NCBI GenBank assembly: GCA_021818925.1
Contig: JAKASU010000001.1
Span: 441,568 to 505,567, forward strand
Length of the DNA: 64,000 nucleotides
Source of the DNA: Candidatus Micrarchaeota archaeon
GTDB lineage: Archaea > Micrarchaeota > Micrarchaeia > Micrarchaeales > CABMGC01
Direction of reading: 5' to 3'
The translations under genes were made by a program, and so were the position numbers. The notes beneath the pieces were generated by a model. The model was not told the origin of the DNA. It did not search any database and saw only the letters and a list, made by a program, of their open reading frames with translations. Every line of letters begins with the position of its first letter. Position 1 is the first letter of the stretch. Of the stretch, positions 51,737 through 61,384 are shown one piece after another.

Positions 51737-54166
51737 TCAACCTCCGAGCCTCTTCTGCGCGCCGCCGCCCTTCAGCTCCTCCTCGTTTACACCTAGCTCC
51801 TTCAGTATCTTTAACGTTGCTGGCAGGACCTGGTGGTCTATGTAGTACTCGGGATCATAGTCCTTCGCCGTCTCTTCTATCTCTGCCTTCTCGCTTATGG
51901 TGTTGCCGTGCTTGGTTATCACGTAGCCTATCGCGGCTCCCTCGAGCTCGTCCTTGCGCTTCGTGCCCTGCTGTATCGCCTTCTTAGCCGCTGCGAGCTC
52001 CGGCGACTTGATGTCATAGCTGCCTATTCCTTTCCTGAGCTGCGTGTGTATCACGAGTTCGCTCATCGGCATCTTGCCGCTCTTCAGCCTGTTGACCACG
52101 TCTTTGATTATCGCCACTGCCTTCTCCTGGCTGCCCTCCTTGAGTATCGCCTCAAGCACCGCGTGCTGCGTGTCACGCGCAACTTTCGACCAGTCCCTCC
52201 TGACCAGCTCGAAGCCCTTGATCTTTATCCTGCCTGACTCGGAGAGCATCGCGTACTTCTTCTTCGCCCCGCTGCCTCCGACCGCGCCCTTCTTTCCCAC
52301 GAAGACGCCCCTGGTGTAGAAATCCTCGAGCTCGAGCTCCATTGTGTTGGGCAGCGCCTTGTTCACGCTCTTCAGGAAGGCATCCGCATCCTGCTTGGTC
52401 TTGTTCCCCATGAGCAGGAATACAGAATCAGTGTCCGAGTATAGGGCCTTGAAGCCGGCACGTTCCGCCTGTCCTATCGTGTCCATGATGAACTGTCTCG
52501 CAAAAGCGGTTATGCTCGATGCGGCTTCACGCGAGTACCATCGCGAGCGTGCATAGCCCAGGTAGCCGTAGAACGCATTGGCGACTATCTTCAGCGCAGT
52601 AGATCTTGCAGCAAGGGACTTGCTGTCTGGTTCCTTCTTGAACGCCTTCTTCACCTCTGTTCGCTCGTCTATCAGCATCTTCAGCAGCTTCGGCATCAGC
52701 CCTTCGCGGTCCTTCCTGAACCTTGTGCCTGTGGGCGATTCGAAATAGTCCTTGCAGTCCGTGCAGACCGTCGACGGGTCTATGTTGTGCGCTATGATTA
52801 TCGAAGGGTACAGTCCTCGGAAGTCGAACACCGCGATATTGTCGTATATGCCGGCTTCGGGAGTTTTGACATAAGCGCCCTCGTACGGGTTCGCTAGCCT
52901 CATCGCTATCTCGCCCTCGTTAGGCTTGTTTGGCACGATCTGCCTGCGCTCATAAGCATAGCCCATCAGCATGAACTCGACGAGCTGGCTTGTGGTCGAT
53001 ATGCTCGCCTCGCCCATCGTCGTCCTAGCAACCTTTGCCATCTCAAGCTCGATCGGGAGGAAGAACTTGTACAGTTCCTCGACAGCGAGCGAGTCAGCCA
53101 GAGAGTATTCGGCGAGCTCCTCGACGTCCTTGCCCCCGCGGTCCCACTGCTCCCATATGCTTCCCTTGTCCACCATCTTCTTGTTGGAGCCTGTTACCGC
53201 CCTGTAGACCTCGGGCAGCTTGAAGTTGTTGACCCTGATGACCTTCTCAGATGCGCCGACCACTGCGACAAACCTTGCAACGTTGTACAGGTCGAGGTTT
53301 ATCCTGCCGGGGATCCTGACGGCCTCTATCAGGCCGTGGTGCTCCATCTTCACGTCGCCCTCCTCGTGCCTCGCTATCTTGAACTCGACCTTCAGCACCT
53401 CCGCCCTCTTGAGGAGATAGGGTATGTCGAAGACCGAGGTGTTGTAGCCCGTTATCACATCAGGGTCTATTCTCCTTATTGCATCAACGAACTCCTGCAG
53501 CATCTCCTTCTCGTTCTTACACACGTGCACGAAATCCTTGGCTATCTTCTTCGTGGTAAGCACTCGCTTCTCCTTTCCGTCGGTGTAGCTGATCATGATC
53601 ACTGGGTCCTTCAGCTCGTTCGGAATGCCGAGCGGATTGTATGTCTCGATATCGAAGCAGAGGTACGTGAGCGGTATCTCACTCTGCTTCCCGCTGCTGC
53701 TTATCTCGTCTATCACCAGGTCGCCATCCTGTTCGTGCGCCCTGACCCTGTTGACCGAGAGCGGCGATAGGCCCCTGTCTATCAGGTACCTCTTCCAAAA
53801 CACGATATCGGATTCGTGGCACGTGCCAAATTCAGCGAAGACCTCGCTCATCTTGGGCACGCTCCTGGGGCTTTCGAGGTAGACGCGGAAGACCTTCCTC
53901 TCCTCCCTTCCAACGAGCAGCCTGGTCTCCTCAACAGACCTCACCCCAACCTCCTCGTTCTCCTTTGTGAGTACCCTGATCTTCTCGAGCGGTCCTTTCT
54001 TCTGATCTTCGTGCAACGGCACTAAGTAGAAATAGGGGTAGAAATCCGGGTCGAGGAGATTGTAAACGCCGTCCTTCGTCTTCAGCGTTATCCTCACTAT
54101 GCCTCGGCTGCCCCTGAGCACATAGCTCGCGTCAAGTATGACTCCTTCTAGCAAAAGTTCCCCCAT
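51737..54166 (-). CDS. polB: Family B DNA polymerase
   Basis: Exo I CFDIETYN. Pol motifs DFRGLYPSIIIAHNI, KIVANAFYGYLGY and YSDTDSVF. ATG 54166 (MGELLLEGVILD) was chosen because the track N-terminus overlaps the upstream gene. Confidence 0.95.
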   Translation of the reverse strand: MGELLLEGVILDASYVLRGSRGIVRITLKTKDGVYNLLDPDFYPYFYLVPLHEDQKKGPLEKIRVLTKENEEVGVRSVEETRLLVGREERKVFRVYLESPRSVPKMSEVFAEFGTCHESDIVFWKRYLIDRGLSPLSVNRVRAHEQDGDLVIDEISSSGKQSEIPLTYLCFDIETYNPLGIPNELKDPVIMISYTDGKEKRVLTTKKIAKDFVHVCKNEKEMLQEFVDAIRRIDPDVITGYNTSVFDIPYLLKRAEVLKVEFKIARHEEGDVKMEHHGLIEAVRIPGRINLDLYNVARFVAVVGASEKVIRVNNFKLPEVYRAVTGSNKKMVDKGSIWEQWDRGGKDVEELAEYSLADSLAVEELYKFFLPIELEMAKVARTTMGEASISTTSQLVEFMLMGYAYERRQIVPNKPNEGEIAMRLANPYEGAYVKTPEAGIYDNIAVFDFRGLYPSIIIAHNIDPSTVCTDCKDYFESPTGTRFRKDREGLMPKLLKMLIDERTEVKKAFKKEPDSKSLAARSTALKIVANAFYGYLGYARSRWYSREAASSITAFARQFIMDTIGQAERAGFKALYSDTDSVFLLMGNKTKQDADAFLKSVNKALPNTMELELEDFYTRGVFVGKKGAVGGSGAKKKYAMLSESGRIKIKGFELVRRDWSKVARDTQHAVLEAILKEGSQEKAVAIIKDVVNRLKSGKMPMSELVIHTQLRKGIGSYDIKSPELAAAKKAIQQGTKRKDELEGAAIGYVITKHGNTISEKAEIEETAKDYDPEYYIDHQVLPATLKILKELGVNEEELKGGGAQKRLGG

Positions 54167-54225
54167 GAAAATCAAGCTGGGCGATGCTAGCAATAGTTGG
54201 GAATAGAGGAATAAAAAGCGTGCTA

Positions 54226-54639
54226 TTACTTCTGCGGCCCTTCTTCCAGCTTCGCCCTTGTGAGAGGAAGCGGCGCGATCATTCCGATGGACCACGCGAG
54301 AAGCGTGCCTCTTGACGCGCACTCGAAGTTGAGTATGTTGATCAGGTCCTCGGCGAACTTGACAGGCAGGGTCTTCTTGCTCTTCCAGAGCTCGTTTATC
54401 TGCGTGATCATCTCCTTCTCCTCCTTTGCGTTTATCGTGCCCTTTATCTTCAGGTCTCCGACAGACTTGTCGCCCTTCGCCCCGCCCTCGTATGCGGTTG
54501 TGAACGTGTAAGCGACTTCAACGTTGTCGCCCGTGACCTTCACGTTGTCGAAGTTTATGTTGAACTTCATGTTTGTTATCGGATCGGCTACTGGTCTGTG
54601 GGCTTCTACATCGTTTATTCCTATTCCTGTTATTGCCAT
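54226..54639 (-). CDS. Hypothetical protein
   Basis: MAITGIGINDVEAH... CTATAAATAC lies about 40 nt upstream on its strand. The track GTG start at 54669 is too close to that box. Confidence 0.5.
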   Translation of the reverse strand: MAITGIGINDVEAHRPVADPITNMKFNINFDNVKVTGDNVEVAYTFTTAYEGGAKGDKSVGDLKIKGTINAKEEKEMITQINELWKSKKTLPVKFAEDLINILNFECASRGTLLAWSIGMIAPLPLTRAKLEEGPQK

Positions 54640-54752
54640 TGTATCATTCCGTTTTGTATTGGATTTCACTAAGTATTTATAGATTTCGCGATAGCAGACG
54701 CTAACGAAAGCCTTTATTAAATTGTTTAAACAATGATTAAAACGGACACTAT

Positions 54753-55172
54753 ATGCCGAATAGAACCATATTGAACAAATATGGTTTATTTGTTTCGCAA
54801 ATTCACAAAATCCTCAAGAAAAAAGAATCGGACGGTGGCGATCTTCGAGTAATAAACATGGCGAGACTAGTGGCAGCGCTGTCCTCCAACCACTCCTGGC
54901 GCATCTTCCGGTATCTGCACAACGGCGAACCTTTCGACAAGGACGCGATACACGTTGAGATGGCCGCGGCGTACAGGGACGGATGGAAGGAGATAAACGA
55001 GAATGACGTAAAGGAGGTGCTCACAACGCCGATTGAGGAGCACGCGTTCTCGATGGTGCTCACCTGCTGGCCCGAGAGGGACGAGCGCAAGGAGTTCAGG
55101 GAGCTCTTCGAGGAGCTGCAGCAGGAGTTCATAGACGGCATCGAGCCGCTTGAGACAAAGGAACTCGTCTGA
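54753..55172 (+). CDS. Hypothetical protein
   Basis: 139-aa ORF with no motif. Confidence 0.5.
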   Translation: MPNRTILNKYGLFVSQIHKILKKKESDGGDLRVINMARLVAALSSNHSWRIFRYLHNGEPFDKDAIHVEMAAAYRDGWKEINENDVKEVLTTPIEEHAFSMVLTCWPERDERKEFRELFEELQQEFIDGIEPLETKELV

Positions 55173-55218
55173 ATCCGGGCTTGCTCTATTTATATTTCTT
55201 TAAAGTCAGATGTAGGTT

Positions 55219-55293
55219 GGGCATGTGGCGCAACTTGGATAGCGCACCTGGCTTCGGACCAGGGGGTTGCGGGTCCAAATCCCGTCATGCCCG
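55219..55293 (+). tRNA. tRNA-Arg (TCG)
   Basis: Acceptor GGGCATG/CATGCCC, D arm GCGC-AACTTGGATA-GCGC, anticodon arm CCTGG-CTTCGGA-CCAGG, and T arm GCGGG-TCCAAAT-CCCGT (the T-loop reads TCC, not TTC). Confidence 0.8.
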
Positions 55294-55302
55294 CGTGATG
55301 CT

Positions 55303-55833
55303 ATGAAGATCGCGATAGGAACGAACAATGATCTCAAGGCCAAGGCAATAAGCAGTGCGTTGAGGAAGGTGTACCCCGATGCAGAGATTGTGAAGGTCGA
55401 TGTGCCCTCTGGGGTGAAGGACAATCCTGTCGGAAGGGAGGAGGGGATGCTAGGCGCACTGAACAGGGCGAGGAACGCGCGGGACAAAGCGAAGGCTGAC
55501 ATGGGTGTAGGGCCGGAGGGCATAACGGAGACAACCGCCTACGGTAGCTTCGTTTATGGCTGGGTCGCGATCGTGGACTCTGAAGGCAAGGTCGGATTCG
55601 GAGCCAGTGCCCAGGTGATGCTTCCAGCGGCTGTGGAGGACCGGGTGCTGGGAAAGCACATGACCATGGACCAGGCGATGTCTGAAGTGTCGAAGAAATC
55701 CAAGGACGATATACGATTCAAGCACGGAACAAATGGCGTGCTGACGAACGGGATGTACGGAAGAAAAAGGGAGTTCCAGGATGCGACCACGTGCGCTCTT
55801 GCGAGATTCGTGTCCGACTACTACAAGGAGTGA
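55303..55833 (+). CDS. Inosine/xanthosine triphosphatase (YjjX/DUF84-like NTPase)
   Basis: MKIAIGTNNDLKAKAI...VPSGV...GPEGI pattern. The track N-terminus overlaps the tRNA. Confidence 0.75.
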   Translation: MKIAIGTNNDLKAKAISSALRKVYPDAEIVKVDVPSGVKDNPVGREEGMLGALNRARNARDKAKADMGVGPEGITETTAYGSFVYGWVAIVDSEGKVGFGASAQVMLPAAVEDRVLGKHMTMDQAMSEVSKKSKDDIRFKHGTNGVLTNGMYGRKREFQDATTCALARFVSDYYKE

Positions 55834-55839
55834 GGCGGA

Positions 55840-56949
55840 TTGGTAAGGCTAATTGAGTATAGGCAACTGACAAGCATACTGGCGATGTTCCTCATAGTCC
55901 AGCTGGCCGGCCTACTCATCGTCTTTTATCTTCTGGCTCCCGCAGAGGTGACAATAGGTACAACTGCTGGCGGCGTCAGCGGCAGCGGCGGAGTCAGCGT
56001 CCTGTTCTATTTCGTGTATCTTATCGCTGCGGCCGTGGTCATGTACTTCCTGTTCAAGAAGTACCACGGCCCCAGGCTCTTCGTGGCGATAGAGGCGATA
56101 GTGGTCGCGTCTGCCGCGTTCTACCTATTCCTCATCGTGCTGACCGCCCTGTTCCCTGACGGCGCGAACTACAACATAGCGGTCGCGCTGGTCTCCGGAG
56201 TGGCGCTGGTAGCTGCGAAGAACAAGTGGCCTGGCCTGAGGAACTTCACTGCGGTGATAGCCAGCGTGGGAGTTGGGCTGGTACTGGGGATATTCTTCGG
56301 ATCCCCGCCCGCAGGATTCATATACGCGCTTACTTTCATGGCACTGGTAGCCGTTTACGACTATGTTGCGGTATTCATCACAAAGCACATGATAACCCTC
56401 GGCAGGGAGTCGGTCAACAGGAACCTGGCGTTCATGGTAGGATCCTATGATGTGGAGGTTCTGCCGAAAGGCTATCTCAAGGCGAAAGAGGCGTCGCGTC
56501 TTAGCAAGGAGTTCGGAGTGGTGAAGAGCGGGCAGCTGAAGAGACTGATGAAGTCGGGGAACGTTCCGATGCCTTCGTTCTCGGCGCTTGGGGCCGGAGA
56601 CCTCGCGATACCGCTGATGGTCGCTGTGAGCGCTTATGTGTCGTACCTTAGCTACTTCTTCAGCGCGCTTCTCGTGGCCTGCTCGTGCTTGGGTCTCGTG
56701 TTCGCGATGTACGTATCGAAGAGGTACCGGATGGCATTGCCTGCGATACCGCCACTCTTCGCGTTCGCCAGCATTGGGCTCGGAATCTATGTTATGCTCA
56801 CGACTCCGAGCGACTGGCACCTCTACTCTCTTGCGTTCATTGAAGGGATAGTGGTGCTGGCGATAATGTGGATAACGGCCGTGAACCAGTACAGGAAGGG
56901 TGCCGGGCAGGCGCTGATGCAGAAAAGAACTACTTCTTCTCGATCCTGA
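55840..56949 (+). CDS. Presenilin/signal-peptide-peptidase-like intramembrane aspartyl protease
   Basis: YDYVAVF (YD), LGAGDLAIP (GxGD) and LPAIPPL (PAL-like). Multi-TM. Confidence 0.8.
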   Translation: MVRLIEYRQLTSILAMFLIVQLAGLLIVFYLLAPAEVTIGTTAGGVSGSGGVSVLFYFVYLIAAAVVMYFLFKKYHGPRLFVAIEAIVVASAAFYLFLIVLTALFPDGANYNIAVALVSGVALVAAKNKWPGLRNFTAVIASVGVGLVLGIFFGSPPAGFIYALTFMALVAVYDYVAVFITKHMITLGRESVNRNLAFMVGSYDVEVLPKGYLKAKEASRLSKEFGVVKSGQLKRLMKSGNVPMPSFSALGAGDLAIPLMVAVSAYVSYLSYFFSALLVACSCLGLVFAMYVSKRYRMALPAIPPLFAFASIGLGIYVMLTTPSDWHLYSLAFIEGIVVLAIMWITAVNQYRKGAGQALMQKRTTSSRS

Positions 56950-57625
56950 TCCTGAACCTTTCCTTGACAAGGACCTGGCCGCGGCCTCTGCATGCCCTGC
57001 AACTCTTGTCGAACGTCTTTCCCCTGCCGCCGCACCTGTCGCAGGCTCCTTGCATGAAGAAGAAAGCACCGAGCCCCTGGGTTCCTCCCCTGCGCACGAC
57101 GCCGGTGCCGTTGCACTCGGGGCACGTTGTTATCTTTGAGCCCGGGTCCGCGCCGCTGCCCTTGCAGTTGGAGCATGAGCTGTAGTGCTGCACCTCTATC
57201 TCCTTGTCCATGCCCTTCTCCATGTCAGAGAGGGAGAGGTTGAGGTTCAGGCTGTCTGCCTGCTGCTCCCTCTGCGCGCCCGCCCGTGAGGCTCCTCCGA
57301 AACCGAACAGGTCTCCGAAACCTCCGGACCCGAAGTTTATGCCCATGTCCCTGAATATGCTCTCGAAGTCCACGTTGCGCATTATGTCCTCAGGGTTGTA
57401 CCACTGGTTGAACTGCGCCTCGCCGAGCATGTCATACTGCTGCCTCTTCTGCGGGTCGCTGAGAACAGCGTATGCTTCGTTTATCTGCTTGAACCTCTCC
57501 TCGGCATCCTTGCTCTTGTTTCGGTCAGGGTGGAACTGCAGCGCCAGGCTCCTGTACGCACGCTTGATATCGTCTGCGCTCGCGGTGCGGGGCACCCCGA
57601 GTATCTCGTAATAGTCCTTGGGCAC
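56930..57625 (-). CDS. dnaJ: DnaJ-like co-chaperone, short form (J domain, G/F region, zinc-finger domain only)
   Basis: DYYEILGV...HPDRN, G/F region, and four CxxCxGxG-type repeats. It ends after 231 aa without the usual C-terminal domains. Confidence 0.85.
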   Translation of the reverse strand: MPKDYYEILGVPRTASADDIKRAYRSLALQFHPDRNKSKDAEERFKQINEAYAVLSDPQKRQQYDMLGEAQFNQWYNPEDIMRNVDFESIFRDMGINFGSGGFGDLFGFGGASRAGAQREQQADSLNLNLSLSDMEKGMDKEIEVQHYSSCSNCKGSGADPGSKITTCPECNGTGVVRRGGTQGLGAFFFMQGACDRCGGRGKTFDKSCRACRGRGQVLVKERFRIRIEKK

Positions 57626-57628
57626 TTG

Positions 57629-59491
57629 TTAGCCTCTGAAGTTCGTGTCTGCTGAGCCTTCGCCACTGTCCTGGCCTGCATTTCCGGGTCCTGGGCCTGG
57701 TTCTGGGCCTTGCTTTTCATCCTGGCCCTGGTTCTGGCCCTGCCCGTAGATGCTCGCGCCTATGTCCTGAAGTGAGCTCTTAAGCGCTTCCAAACCCTCC
57801 TTTATCCTCGCATACTCATCCTTGTCGAGCGCGGCCTGCAGCTCCGACTTTGCCCTGTCCGCTTTCTCGTACATCTCCTTGGAGATCTTCTCCTTGTTCT
57901 CCTTAAGGAGCTTTCCGGCAGAGTAGACGAGGGTTTCGGCGTCGTTCTTTGTCTGCACCTTCTCCAGCTCTTCCTTGTCCTGGGTTGCGTACTCCTCGGC
58001 TTCCTTGACCTTCTTTTCTATGTCCTCTCGCGGCATCTTGTTCGGCGCAACGACCTGCATTCCCTGCTCCTTGCCCGTCTTCTTGTCCTTAGCGTTGACG
58101 TGCAGTATGCCGTTCGCATCTATGTCGAACGTCACCTCCACCTGCGGAAGGCCGCGCGGGGCCGGGAGTATGCCTGTAAGCGTGAACCTGCCAAGGCTGA
58201 CGTTATCCTTGGCCATGGGGCGCTCGCCCTGAAGTATGACTATGTCCACCGCGGTCTGGTTGTCCTCCGCTGTTGAGAATATCTGTGTCTTCTTTACAGG
58301 CACTGTCGTGTTTCTGGGTATGAGAACCGTGGAGACGCCGCCAAGCGTCTCGAGGCCGAGCGAGAGCGGAGTGACGTCAAGCAGCACTATGTCCTTTACC
58401 TCTCCGGTCAGCACGCCCGCCTGCACCGCGGCTCCGAACGCAACAGCTTCCATTGGATCGACGCCGCGCTCTATCTTCTTGCCGTAGAGCTGCTCAACGT
58501 ATCTCTGCACTATCGGCATGCGTGTTGGTCCTCCGACTAGTATGACCTTGTCTATGTGGCTCGGTTCCAGCTTTGCGTCCTTGAGCGCCTGCTGCATCGG
58601 CTTCAGCGTCCTCTCGACTATTGGCAGGACTAGCTCCTCGAGCTTCGCCCTTGTGAGCGAGTAGGTGAAGTTTACCGGCTTGCCTCCGACGCTTCCGAGG
58701 AACGGCAGGTTTATCTCGCTGCTCAGAGTTGTTGAGAGTTCTATCTTCGCCTTCTCGGCCGCTTCCCTGACTCGCTGCAGCGCCTGCGCGTCCTTGCTTA
58801 TGTCGAGATTCGCCTTCTTCTTTATCTCAGCCTTGAGAAAGTCGACAAGCGTGTTGTCCATGTCTGTTCCGCCTAGCTGCGTGTCGCCGTTCGTGGACTT
58901 GACCTCGAACACGCCATTGCCGAACTCCATGATGGTTACATCGAGCGTGCCTCCTCCGAAGTCATAGACCATTATCCTCTGCTCCTTGTTCGATTTGTCA
59001 AGGCCGTATGCGAGGCTTGCCGCGGTAGGCTCGTTCACGAGCCTCGTTACCTTAAGGCCCGCTATCTCTCCGGCGTCCTTTGTCGCCTGGCGCTGGTTGT
59101 CGTTAAAGTATGCGGGGACGGTTATGACTGCCTCGTTCACCTCTTCGCCCAGGAAAGCCTCTGCATCGTGCTTTATTTTCTGAAGCAGGATTGCGGAAAG
59201 CTCCTGCGGCGTGTACTCCTTTCCGAATATCTTGTACTTGAAGTTCGTTCCCATCTTCCTCTTGAAAGCGGCCGCTGTTCCTTCCGGATTCGCGACTGCC
59301 TGCCTTCTTGCAGGCTCTCCGACTATGCGCTGGCCATCCTTCGTGAAGGCGACGTAGCTAGGGAAAGACTTGCCGTAGAGCGACGTTCCTTCGGCGCTCG
59401 GTATCAGCACCGGCCTCCCGCCCTGCAGCACCGCTGCCGCTGAATTCGAAGTTCCCAGATCAATTCCTATCACTTTTGCCATCTTATTCAC
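57629..59491 (-). CDS. dnaK: Hsp70 chaperone DnaK
   Basis: [24 protein letters not shown] and [11 protein letters not shown]. 620 aa. Confidence 0.97.
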   Translation of the reverse strand: MNKMAKVIGIDLGTSNSAAAVLQGGRPVLIPSAEGTSLYGKSFPSYVAFTKDGQRIVGEPARRQAVANPEGTAAAFKRKMGTNFKYKIFGKEYTPQELSAILLQKIKHDAEAFLGEEVNEAVITVPAYFNDNQRQATKDAGEIAGLKVTRLVNEPTAASLAYGLDKSNKEQRIMVYDFGGGTLDVTIMEFGNGVFEVKSTNGDTQLGGTDMDNTLVDFLKAEIKKKANLDISKDAQALQRVREAAEKAKIELSTTLSSEINLPFLGSVGGKPVNFTYSLTRAKLEELVLPIVERTLKPMQQALKDAKLEPSHIDKVILVGGPTRMPIVQRYVEQLYGKKIERGVDPMEAVAFGAAVQAGVLTGEVKDIVLLDVTPLSLGLETLGGVSTVLIPRNTTVPVKKTQIFSTAEDNQTAVDIVILQGERPMAKDNVSLGRFTLTGILPAPRGLPQVEVTFDIDANGILHVNAKDKKTGKEQGMQVVAPNKMPREDIEKKVKEAEEYATQDKEELEKVQTKNDAETLVYSAGKLLKENKEKISKEMYEKADRAKSELQAALDKDEYARIKEGLEALKSSLQDIGASIYGQGQNQGQDEKQGPEPGPGPGNAGQDSGEGSADTNFRG

Positions 59492-60032
59492 CTTTTTCTT
59501 CCTCTTTTGAAGCGTTGCCTTTAGACACGATCACGGCGCTGGGCCTGAGAAGCATGTCGTTGAAGGTGTAGCCCTTGCGCACTATCTCTATTATCGTGCC
59601 CTCCGGCTCCTTGCTCTCCTTCGCCATTATAATCTCGTGCTTGTACGGGTCGTACCTGCCCTTCGATTCAACCTCCTTGAGCCCCGCCCCCTTGAGCGTG
59701 CCAAGTATGTTTGAGAAGACGAGCTCTATGCCCCTTACGTGGCCCTCGTCGTGCTTTGAGCCGTCGAACGCTGAGAGAGCAAGCTCGAACTCGTCTATTG
59801 TCGGCAGCAGAGAGCGGATCAGCTCTGCCTTCCCTACGTTCTTTGACATGTCAATATCCCTGGCGGTTCTCTTCTTGTAGTTGTCGAACTCTGCAGCTAG
59901 CCTCAGCAGCTTGTCCTTCATCTCGGCCGTGTCGTTCCCCTGTACGGGCTGCGACGCAGGCTCACTTTTGGGCTGCTTTTGCTCTCTTTTCCCGTTTTTC
60001 TCCTGTTGCGGTTTGTCCTCTTCCTGTGCCAT
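59484..60032 (-). CDS. grpE: Nucleotide exchange factor GrpE
   Basis: [13 protein letters not shown] and a C-terminal beta domain. The track start is 60041. Confidence 0.9.
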   Translation of the reverse strand: MAQEEDKPQQEKNGKREQKQPKSEPASQPVQGNDTAEMKDKLLRLAAEFDNYKKRTARDIDMSKNVGKAELIRSLLPTIDEFELALSAFDGSKHDEGHVRGIELVFSNILGTLKGAGLKEVESKGRYDPYKHEIIMAKESKEPEGTIIEIVRKGYTFNDMLLRPSAVIVSKGNASKEEEKGE

Positions 60033-60435
60033 AAACCTCACTTTCGAACAGCTCGTCGAGCTTGCTCGCGAACTGCATCATCCTGTTGAACTCTGCAAAC
60101 ATCTCAGCCTGTATCTCCTGTATGGTACTCTGGAAGTCACTTCCACGCAGGAAGTACTCCCTTCCCTTTCTCACCACAAGCCCTGAGTCTATGAACTTGT
60201 TCAGGTTGTAGATCACAGTGCTTAGCGGCTGCTTCAGCTCCGTGCTGAGCCCCTTGCTCGTGGTGCCTATTCCCTGGAGGCTGTTGTTCACGATTGTGCC
60301 GAACATCTTGCGCTCCGGCGTGTCGTCCTTGCCGGAGAGGTTGAACGATTCTAAGAACCAGTCGGTTATCGCCTGCGGATTGCCCTCGTCAGGCTTGCTG
60401 ACCGCTCTGATCACTATCTTTTCCCCCTTGGGCAT
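59962..60435 (-). CDS. Winged-helix DNA-binding protein upstream of grpE
   Basis: TSKGLSTELKQPLSTVIYNLNKFIDSGLVVRKGREYFLR (wHTH-like). Its 3' end overlaps the grpE start by about 70-80 nt. Confidence 0.6.
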   Translation of the reverse strand: MPKGEKIVIRAVSKPDEGNPQAITDWFLESFNLSGKDDTPERKMFGTIVNNSLQGIGTTSKGLSTELKQPLSTVIYNLNKFIDSGLVVRKGREYFLRGSDFQSTIQEIQAEMFAEFNRMMQFASKLDELFESEVYGTGRGQTATGEKREKRAKAAQK

Positions 60436-60500
60436 GTTTCAATATATACATGCTCTAATATAAAAATATTTGCTTTTTTCCAATGAAAAGTTGAAAATAC

Positions 60501-60938
60501 CTATGTCCTGAGCTTCTGCTCCAGGATACTGGCGATGCTGCCCACTATTGCTAGCGCCTGCGCTCTATTCGCATCTGTTTGCTTGTAAAATGAGAGTACA
60601 TTGACATTGTTGAAAAATTCGAGCTGGCTTGGAGGCAAAATTGCAATGCGCATCTCTTTATCGAGCTTGGCGTATGCCTCTACCAGATCGGAAGGATAAA
60701 CTTCGTGCGCTTTTTTGATGTCATCTGGGGAGATCTGGTTTACGAATTCGATGGCTTGTTCGCCATCCTTGTCCTCGCCGATCCTGCGCAGAAGCCGGAG
60801 TACCTCAATCTCTAGCTCGCGCTTTGTCATCGGACTTCTTGAGAATATGCTGTGGATTGTATGATGCCTGAGGTTGCTCTCGATCTCGAACAACTTCTGC
60901 ATGTTTACTATCGTTGCCATTTTCGGTCGTTCCCCCAT
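60501..60938 (-). CDS. Hypothetical protein
   Basis: 145-aa ORF with no motif. Confidence 0.5.
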   Translation of the reverse strand: MGERPKMATIVNMQKLFEIESNLRHHTIHSIFSRSPMTKRELEIEVLRLLRRIGEDKDGEQAIEFVNQISPDDIKKAHEVYPSDLVEAYAKLDKEMRIAILPPSQLEFFNNVNVLSFYKQTDANRAQALAIVGSIASILEQKLRT

Positions 60939-60999
60939 GCAGCTGTATTGGGAAACGGTAGATATAAACGTTGTTGCAAAAGTCGGCTGGCGTCGATGA

Positions 61000-61071
61000 T
61001 GGACTCTGCGGGATTCGAACCCGCAACCCCCTGCATGCCATGCAGGTGCGCTACCGTTGCGCTAAGAGCCC
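61000..61071 (-). tRNA. tRNA-Ala (GGC)
   Basis: Acceptor GGGCTCT/AGAGTCC with a G3-U70 pair. D arm GCGC-AACGGTA-GCGC. Anticodon arm CCTGC-ATGGCAT-GCAGG. T arm GCGGG-TTCGAAT-CCCGC. Confidence 0.85.
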
Positions 61072-61094
61072 AACGATGAATCTAGCCGATTTAG

Positions 61095-61104
61095 GTTTAA
61101 ATGC
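61095..61104 (-). promoter_or_regulatory. TATA-like box GCATTTAAAC upstream of tRNA-Ala
   Basis: 26-32 nt upstream of the tRNA 5' end at 61071. Confidence 0.5.
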
Positions 61105-61116
61105 CCTTCTGCGTGG

Positions 61117-61344
61117 CTACACCGGTGACACGAAGAGTATGTTTCCGCCACGGAGCAGTATCGTGCCTAGCTTGACCTTTGACCCTCCGTCGTCGCCCAG
61201 CTCCTCTGCCTCCGCGAGCACCATGTTCATGTGCGCGTCGAACGAGGAGACCTTACCTCTTATCCCCGAACCGTTCTTCAGCCTTACCAGCACATGCTGG
61301 CCTATCGACTTGTTGAGAAGGTCGAAGGGTCTTTCCGACTGCAT
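61117..61344 (-). CDS. Sm-like (LSm/SmAP) protein
   Basis: Sm1 GIRGKVSSFDAHMNMVL and Sm2 ILLRGGNILFVSP. ATG 61344 has CATTTAAGC about 30 nt upstream. Confidence 0.85.
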   Translation of the reverse strand: MQSERPFDLLNKSIGQHVLVRLKNGSGIRGKVSSFDAHMNMVLAEAEELGDDGGSKVKLGTILLRGGNILFVSPV

Positions 61345-61384
61345 AAAACCAACCAAGATAACAAAATCAAAGCTTAAATGCCTT

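Noticed and set aside
56125-57069. Very long antisense ORFs opposite well-supported genes. Examples: 56125-57069 vs presenilin-like, 42908-43819 vs mcm, 46243-47175 vs nrdJ, 21195-21989 vs tfb, 23184-24002 vs nfo, 24920-25771, 26983-27810, 28546-29229 and 9828-10601.
   Set aside because: Their translations are Arg/His/Leu/Pro-rich low-complexity sequences without motifs. They mirror the strong GAG/AAG/CTC codon bias of the sense genes, which removes stop codons from the antisense frames. The sense strand carries unmistakable conserved motifs.
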